DNA of 59,516 bases, counting the filler, from Sphacelaria rigidula (taxonomy: Eukaryota), in NCBI GenBank assembly GCA_964200075.2. It is 7 parts of 7 records of this genome, joined end to end, with 100 filler letters (N's around TTAATTAATTAA, not from the genome) between each part and the next. Parts side by side here need not be neighbours in the genome. Positions count along the whole stretch, not along the records: positions 42,586 to 51,001 come from CAXNAA020011216.1; positions 51,102 to 59,516 come from CAXNAA020011217.1; 5 more parts are not named here. One strand, written 5' to 3'. The notes under the pieces are model-generated. The model had not been told where the DNA came from. It made no database searches and saw only the letters and a program-made list of their open reading frames with translations. Made by a program: the position numbers and the translations under genes. Below are positions 49,419 to 59,516 of the stretch, in pieces (within the stretch, counting starts at the first letter, position 1; every line of letters begins with the position of its first letter).

Positions 49419-50305
49419 ATCCCCAGAAAGTGGCTGGTTCGAGGAGGCAAAATCTACATGCGAATCAAAATGACAAAAGCCGAGCACATCCAGCAGCTGG
49501 GAACTCTCACGCTTGGGATCGCATGCGCCGATGTCGCCCATATGAGGCGCCTCATGCATTCTGAAACCAGTCATCATGCGCTGTATGTTCATTTTCTCCG
49601 TGACAGTTTTGGGGCTTGTTTGGGGAAAGGTTTTCGCGACATCACTTTTTAATTTACGCGAATCAATCGGGGACTTATTTACCCCCAAAAGCCATGCAGG
49701 ATCGAAACGGCGACGGAGAGGAAGAGTTGACACTATTTATAATCTGTGTCGGAAAGTTCTTCTTCGTTTACAACGCGGTAGAGCATTCGACGAAACCTTT
49801 GGATGAAATGAGAGTAGCAGCAAGCAGTTCCGAAAAAAAGGGATATATATATTTATTTATTTTTGGCTGAGCGCTCCTGTCGTCCTGAGGTGGGTGGGTT
49901 GGCGTCCGCTAACGCCGTTGCCATAATCTCATGATTGAAAAGAGTTTAATCTTCGAACACTAACCCTTACCCCAACCCAAGGCAGACTGAGAATCCTCAA
50001 CCAAGGGGGTACGGACGATGCCCTAGGCGATGGTGCGCTGACAGCACCCAAACTGGCGCTGCAGACGCCGATTTAAGCCAAACCGCATACTATGCACGCC
50101 GGCCAAGTACTAGGGACTATCAGGTCCTACGAGATCCAATGAAGTGGAGGGGGGGAGGGGGAAAAAAAGATGCAACAAATTGTGCGAGTATTGCATATCG
50201 CAGGAGATATGTTGTCGAGAATTGCCAAGTTTAGCACTCCCACAATTTACATGCTGATATTGCACTGCGTTGTCTCTTACTTAACGGAACAAAAAGGGGA
50301 AAGCG

Positions 50306-50478
50306 TTTTCGCAGCGAACATCCCATACCCTGGACAATAGAATACACGGTCAAAAAGTGTACTGCGTACAGTATGGAATCTATTGTCTATTGCAATAGAC
50401 AAAAGATTCCATACTGTACGCAATACACTTTTTGACCATGTATTCCTTTGTCCAGGGTATGGAACATTCACTGGAAAA
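50306..50478. repeat. Near-perfect loopless palindrome, about 170 bp
   Basis: Centre GTCTATTG|CAATAGAC at 50392/50393; arms CCATACCCTGGACAA..GTCAAAAAGTGTA.TGCGTACAGTATGGAATC mirrored with few mismatches. Confidence 0.9.
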
Positions 50479-50801
50479 TTATTCATTTCGGCATGAGGAG
50501 AAACAAATTTATAATATATTGATCTTGTTTTTGTCGTCGTCGTCCTCGTCGTTGTTGATCACATGGCTCATTTCCAGAAATCTAGCACTCGCAGTCACAA
50601 AGCCATGGCACACAAAAACAGAATACGAGGGGGGGGAAATATTGCGCACACGAATAGGAAAACACGGTGCCCCGAAAAGTGGGATTCTACGCACACGTCA
50701 GCGAAAAATAAAATACAAAAAAAATGCGTACGACCCGAAAGAAAAAACTGAAATAAGGAAAGGTGTCGGCTACATGGTTACGTGGGCCATGCGTATTCCG
50801 C

Positions 50802-50839
<38 letters not shown>

Positions 50840-51001
50840 GTCGTCCCATCTATTCTGGACGCCGGTCTACAGGTGTGGATTATAATCCATAGGAGCAAAA
50901 AATGACGACAAAACTGCCTGTCGAGGTTTTTACAGGTCGGACGAGTCATTACTCGTTTAGACGAGTGCGCTCGTGGGTGTTTTTCCAAAACACAACGAGC
51001 A

Positions 51002-51101
51002 NNNNNNNNNNNNNNNNNNNNNNNNNNNNNNNNNNNNNNNNNNNNTTAATTAATTAANNNNNNNNNNNNNNNNNNNNNNNNNNNNNNNNNNNNNNNNNNN
51101 N
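51002..51101. other. Artificial contig spacer
   Basis: Same 44N-TTAATTAATTAA-44N block. Confidence 0.98.
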
Positions 51102-51250
51102 GAAAAAATGGGCGGGGCACAGCCATATTGGCGAGCGTTTGGCGTCTTGGCCGGCCCAGCTCGTATATATATAATATTACGGGATTTATTCGAACCGAAG
51201 ACATCCGCTGTCCTCTCCTCTCTCATTGTTTTCGTGCGCGTAATTTGTAG

Positions 51251-54200
51251 CAAGCAGCTCTGGCTCGCGTGACTTTGGTGGGTGGCATCGTGGACGTAGA
51301 AGATGATGATGAACTGATCCAGCTCAAGTGAGTTCATAAGTTGTCAGCATCTCAACCAAGTCCACGCTGTGCCAGCGCCAGATGGACAAGGCATACCATG
51401 TCCACAAACAAGCGTCATTTTATTTTTTGTTGCACCGAAGAGTTGCTGGATCCTTCGTCGGCTACTCGTAGCGCAGTATACTTACTCTGTCAGATGATAG
51501 TGCGTGCTGCTGAAACCAGGCAGCTGTTATGCTACAGAATGATGTGTCGCATGATGTCCAGGACACGGGATCGCGAAGTTTGTCGTACGCCGGTTGAGCT
51601 GGTGTCGCGCTAAACACATTCAATTCATCTCGTTCCAGGGGTCTCGGTTTGGTTGATGTGAAATACAGGATGACCTCGTGCACTCAAATCTCTGGTTCCA
51701 ATATGTGCCTGCTTTTTCCCTCCGCTTCGTGCAGAGCATCCTTTTCGTTGGTGCACACCTACGCCGACCAGCTCACCCAGTCACCCAGATTCAAGTTTTA
51801 CAAGGTGAGGTCATGGCCTCAGTACTCCCATGAGTACGCCCGTGTCGCGGAGATGCACGCACCATGTACTCCCTTTTGTTTCTGAACGTGTACCTTGCAC
51901 CTTTTCCTCGGTACTACTGCCCGGCGCGTTAATTTTGCGCGGATTGCAATTCCTTTGCTTCAATGTATAGCCGGCGTATTCCTAACCTGGCCCACATGCT
52001 GTTCTCCATCCCTCGTTGCAGTTAAAGCCGGATAGGGTCTACTACGTGGGTGGGTTCGGGGTGCTATCCAAGTGGCTTTCGGTCAAAGAATATGAGGTCA
52101 GTATCATTGTACATCAACCGCACTTGTGTCTTCGAGTCGCTTGTTACATCAGCATCATGCTTGGCGAAGTGCGTGATTTTTGCCGTGGGTTTGGAAGTAA
52201 GGGGCAACTTGTCATGGAATCTCCCATGGTACTCAGTGCCGAAGATTATTTTGGCTGGTCTGTTCGATCCATGTCTGTTTCTCCAATATCCTACCACATG
52301 CTGTTGCGCTCACGGGCCACTGCGATTTCGCCTGCATTTGCAGTTGGTGTCAACAACTGACCGGTCCCGAACAACCTGGGTCCGTTGTTCACCCATAATT
52401 TGTATTCCAATCGATGCTTTTCTCACAAATTGTCCACTCCGTAATTACTTCCTGGCCTCGTCCCACCAAGCCAAGGCAACATATCTAGCGTAAAGGCGCC
52501 ATTGTACATGCGTCATGGTTGATGTTACACGGTGCAGAATCGCCTTGTAGTTTGACGTGGACTTTCACTTTCTTATACCCCCTCACATGCTTGGCACCTG
52601 CAGACCGCGAAACCGGATATCTTGGCCGACGAAGCTTCGTCCATCGTGTCCAAGATCAACAGCGGCAAGTAAGTCACCTCGTGACGTTCTCTTGGGGTTA
52701 GGAAATATGCGTCTAGCATGGCGGTGTGTCGAATATTATTGGCCCTTTCTTAGCTCTTGGGTTAGACCCGCTGAAATCAGGGAGAGAACCATCACATGAG
52801 ACATGTCCTGTTTCACTGTGCTGCAGCCCAAACACGCCCACGACCTCTCTCATGTGCTGTAGCTGTCACTGCGCTGTGGTGTGTCCAGACCTTTGCGGAG
52901 ACGCTTTGGCCTCCGCGGGATCTGCTCGAGTTGCTTCATTATCATTGATTTCGTCTTTAATAAAAACAAAATTATAGTCGGTACGTAGTGCTGTCGACAC
53001 ACCATTGAAAACATCATCACGTGTCGGCTGTTCCGTCTTCCTTCAAACGAACAAGGCGCTTCCCACACCCATCATTTCTGCGCTGCTGTTGCCGCTATGC
53101 TGTTGTGCATTCAAACACTCTACAGCGAACATGGTGTGATGTGTGCTGCAGAGTGCCTAAACAGTTGTACTGCTGAATGCGGTGTTTCGGTCTGCACAGA
53201 CTTGGGGTGGGATGAAAATGCTGTCTATACAAGTTGAAACATTCACGTGACGGCTGTGCAGCTGTCTGTTGCGCCTTCTTTTGTACTTCGGTTGTGGTCG
53301 GGTGCTGTGATCGGGAAAGACACGCAAGGTTGGGTCAAACAAACTGAGACAGCACGGAGCTGCTGTATCCTCAGCGATTGATGGTCGCAGCTGTCTGTCT
53401 TGCAGCTGCGCAATGTGGGGTCACCCAAAGATATTTTTCTACTCATACGTCACCCGTTTCTCTCATCTGATGGGTGGAAGGCCGCTGCATTGTCGTGTAG
53501 TGAAAGTCTCTGATCGAAAAACCTGGTCAGTCATATGTCTTGCCCCTTTCTATGGACCCAGTGCCTCATCGTTACCGACGCTCCCTGCACTCTCCAATTG
53601 TGGATCAGCCACATTACATGCGCGTGTGTTCTCCCTTTTGAAGCCTCAATAGTTGGTTACCTTCCAAAGGACTGATGCTGGCAAAGTTCATTTGTCGTGA
53701 AACATATCCCATCCAGGAAAGAGGAGCTCATGGCGGTGTGTAAGCATTTTCTCAACAAGGCTTCTCCGGACACAGTGACAGTAACCACCGTAGATCGTCT
53801 TGGCTTGGACTTGCGAGTGAAGGCCAAAGAGCTGACGGATGAGTTCAGGATTGGATTCCGACAACCGGTGAGAATGGAAACTTGATAACGTGGCTTCGCA
53901 GCGTTTGTGGGTTGTATACACTAGATGTTTCATGCAAGCGTTGAATCTATGAAATCATTTCACCTCCGTTTGCAGTTTCACCCATGCATTTCAACCTTAC
54001 GGGATGTCCATTATTCAGTATTGTGAGTGAAGCTCCTGTCAGGATGGCAAATATATTGGAAATATTTTCACGGTGTGGTTCAGCGTGAGTATTGGACATG
54101 CTGACTGCACACGAGGTTCCTTGGAGTAGGACTGCGCTTTCGCACTTGACTCTGCACCCCATGCCTTGTACCGTTTCTCAGGTACTCTCCGTTGAAGATG

Positions 54201-54316
54201 CCAAAAGCGAGATAGTGAAAATTTTCCAAGAAGCGTGGGAGAAGGAGCATGGATTTGAGTGGGAGGACCAAGGGCCAGCAGTTCAGCGTTATGCCGAGGA
54301 CATATTGCGATCGTGA
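51251..54316 (+). CDS. Glutamyl-tRNA reductase-binding protein-like / HugZ-family split-barrel + DUF2470 protein; 3' part of a spliced gene
   Basis: Six phase-consistent exons with GT-AG introns: 51251-51327 (QAALARVTLVGGIVDV..), 51735-51804 (ASFSLVHTYADQLTQSPRFKFYK), 52022-52096 (LKPDRVYYVGGFGVLSKWLSVKEYE), 52604-52668 (TAKPDILADEASSIVSKINSG), 53717-53867 (..VDRLGLDLRV..FRIGFRQP), 54182-54316 (VLSVEDAKSEIVKIFQEAWEKEHG..TGA). RVTLxG, VGGFG, EYxxAxPD and DRLGxDLRV are motifs I recognise from the HugZ/GBP family. Confidence 0.88.
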
Positions 54317-55080
54317 TCTGGACCGTCTCTCGCGAAAATACGAGATACGCCTTCGGAACGACTTCACGCCACGTGCCCTGTTCTAATTCTGCAGTGAACT
54401 GGTCCCGCGTCGTCACGCTCAGCGGGGCAAACTGGTTTCGTTGTTTGACATGCCAAACAAAATGAAGGAGGCACGCAACTGGCATTTAGCTTTGACTTTT
54501 GACCTCCGATTTTAGTAGAAGTCAATCGTCCAACCCCAGTAGGCCTCTTGGGGAAAGAAAGTTGGACATGAAATTTCGGGGATCGGAATCGTTGTTTTTG
54601 GTCGAAAGGGAAAATGAGCGCATGAATATAACACGAAGCGAATATTCAAGCGCATAAACACACCCGCGTTTCAATTTCTTGGAACGTGTGTCACGATAAG
54701 CAAGAGGACATTGGCCACTTGAGTATAATGAGCAAGCGCGGCGACTGCGCCAGCAATACACCTGGAAAACAGTGTCCAGAATATACATGAACCGGCACCG
54801 CTCACCCTTTCTCGACCCGCGAACTTTTGTCCATCACCCGTGAAAAAATAAAAATGTACACTCCACCTCCATACACCACCGTGCAAATTCGCTGCACACC
54901 CAACCTGCAAAGACCGATTGCCAAAAACTTGTGGAACTGCCATCGGTTCTAGTCGGGACGAATACTTTGAGCGGAAGGGGCACAGCTCTGTACATGCACA
55001 TAAAAGGGCTCACTATGTGACATGAATTATGAATTGTCTTCATCTTACAAATAAACGATCGAAATGTCGCGGACACCCAA

Positions 55081-59222
<4,142 letters not shown>

Positions 59223-59516
59223 CTGCAACCATCAAGGTTTCCGTCAAGTATGCGAAACACAACGACACAATTTAGCTGCGCCCAGGGCAACAATAATAGG
59301 GCATTCAGTATTTTTTCGTCGGGAAAACCTGTTTTGAATCTGGCAACCTCACGTGATCGGCGAGAACGCATCTCGCATTGATCTCCTTGCATTGCTAACG
59401 CCATAACGACACCCATGAAAGGCACCCTATGGAGTTCAGCATGCTCGAAACAGTGTTTTCGTGAGATTGAGAGTAGATGATACGATTGAGAGTGAAAAGC
59501 GGTCAATCAGTGAATG

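Noticed and set aside
59223-59506. N-terminal part of the 167-aa ORF as SerRS coding sequence
   Set aside because: It lies upstream of the acceptor at 59223-59224 and starts in a MITE end, so it is intronic.

Overview
Eukaryotic, repeat-rich, intron-rich genomic DNA, most likely from a brown alga or related photosynthetic stramenopile. This taxon call is an inference from GT-AG exons of mostly 65-200 bp separated by 0.2-3.5 kb introns, a GluTR-binding-protein-like gene, TTAGGG repeats and the style of the repeats. The window is not contiguous. It is seven contigs (1-8417, 8518-16934, 17035-25451, 25552-33968, 34069-42485, 42586-51001, 51102-59516; lengths 8417 x5, 8416, 8415) joined by an artificial 100-nt spacer (44 N + TTAATTAATTAA + 44 N), apparently sorted by length. 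Supported genes: the 3' five exons of a bacterial/organellar-type seryl-tRNA synthetase (-); a convergent six-exon glutamyl-tRNA reductase-binding/HugZ-like gene (+); three exons of an unknown multi-pass membrane protein (-); three exons of a Gly/Ser-rich low-complexity protein (-). Mobile DNA dominates the rest. It includes a decayed Ty3/Gypsy element whose integrase ends in a chromodomain-like plus a Tudor-like module, a tRNA-headed SINE with a (CA)n tail, several non-LTR 3' ends sharing a hairpin and (ATCA)n tail, self-nesting Harbinger-like MITEs, and TGT..ACA MITEs carrying telomeric repeats. Most ORFs in the supplied track are spurious. No CRISPR array, rRNA or intact tRNA gene was found. 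The best novelty candidates are the dual-reader integrase tail and the telomere-repeat MITEs; both need database checks.
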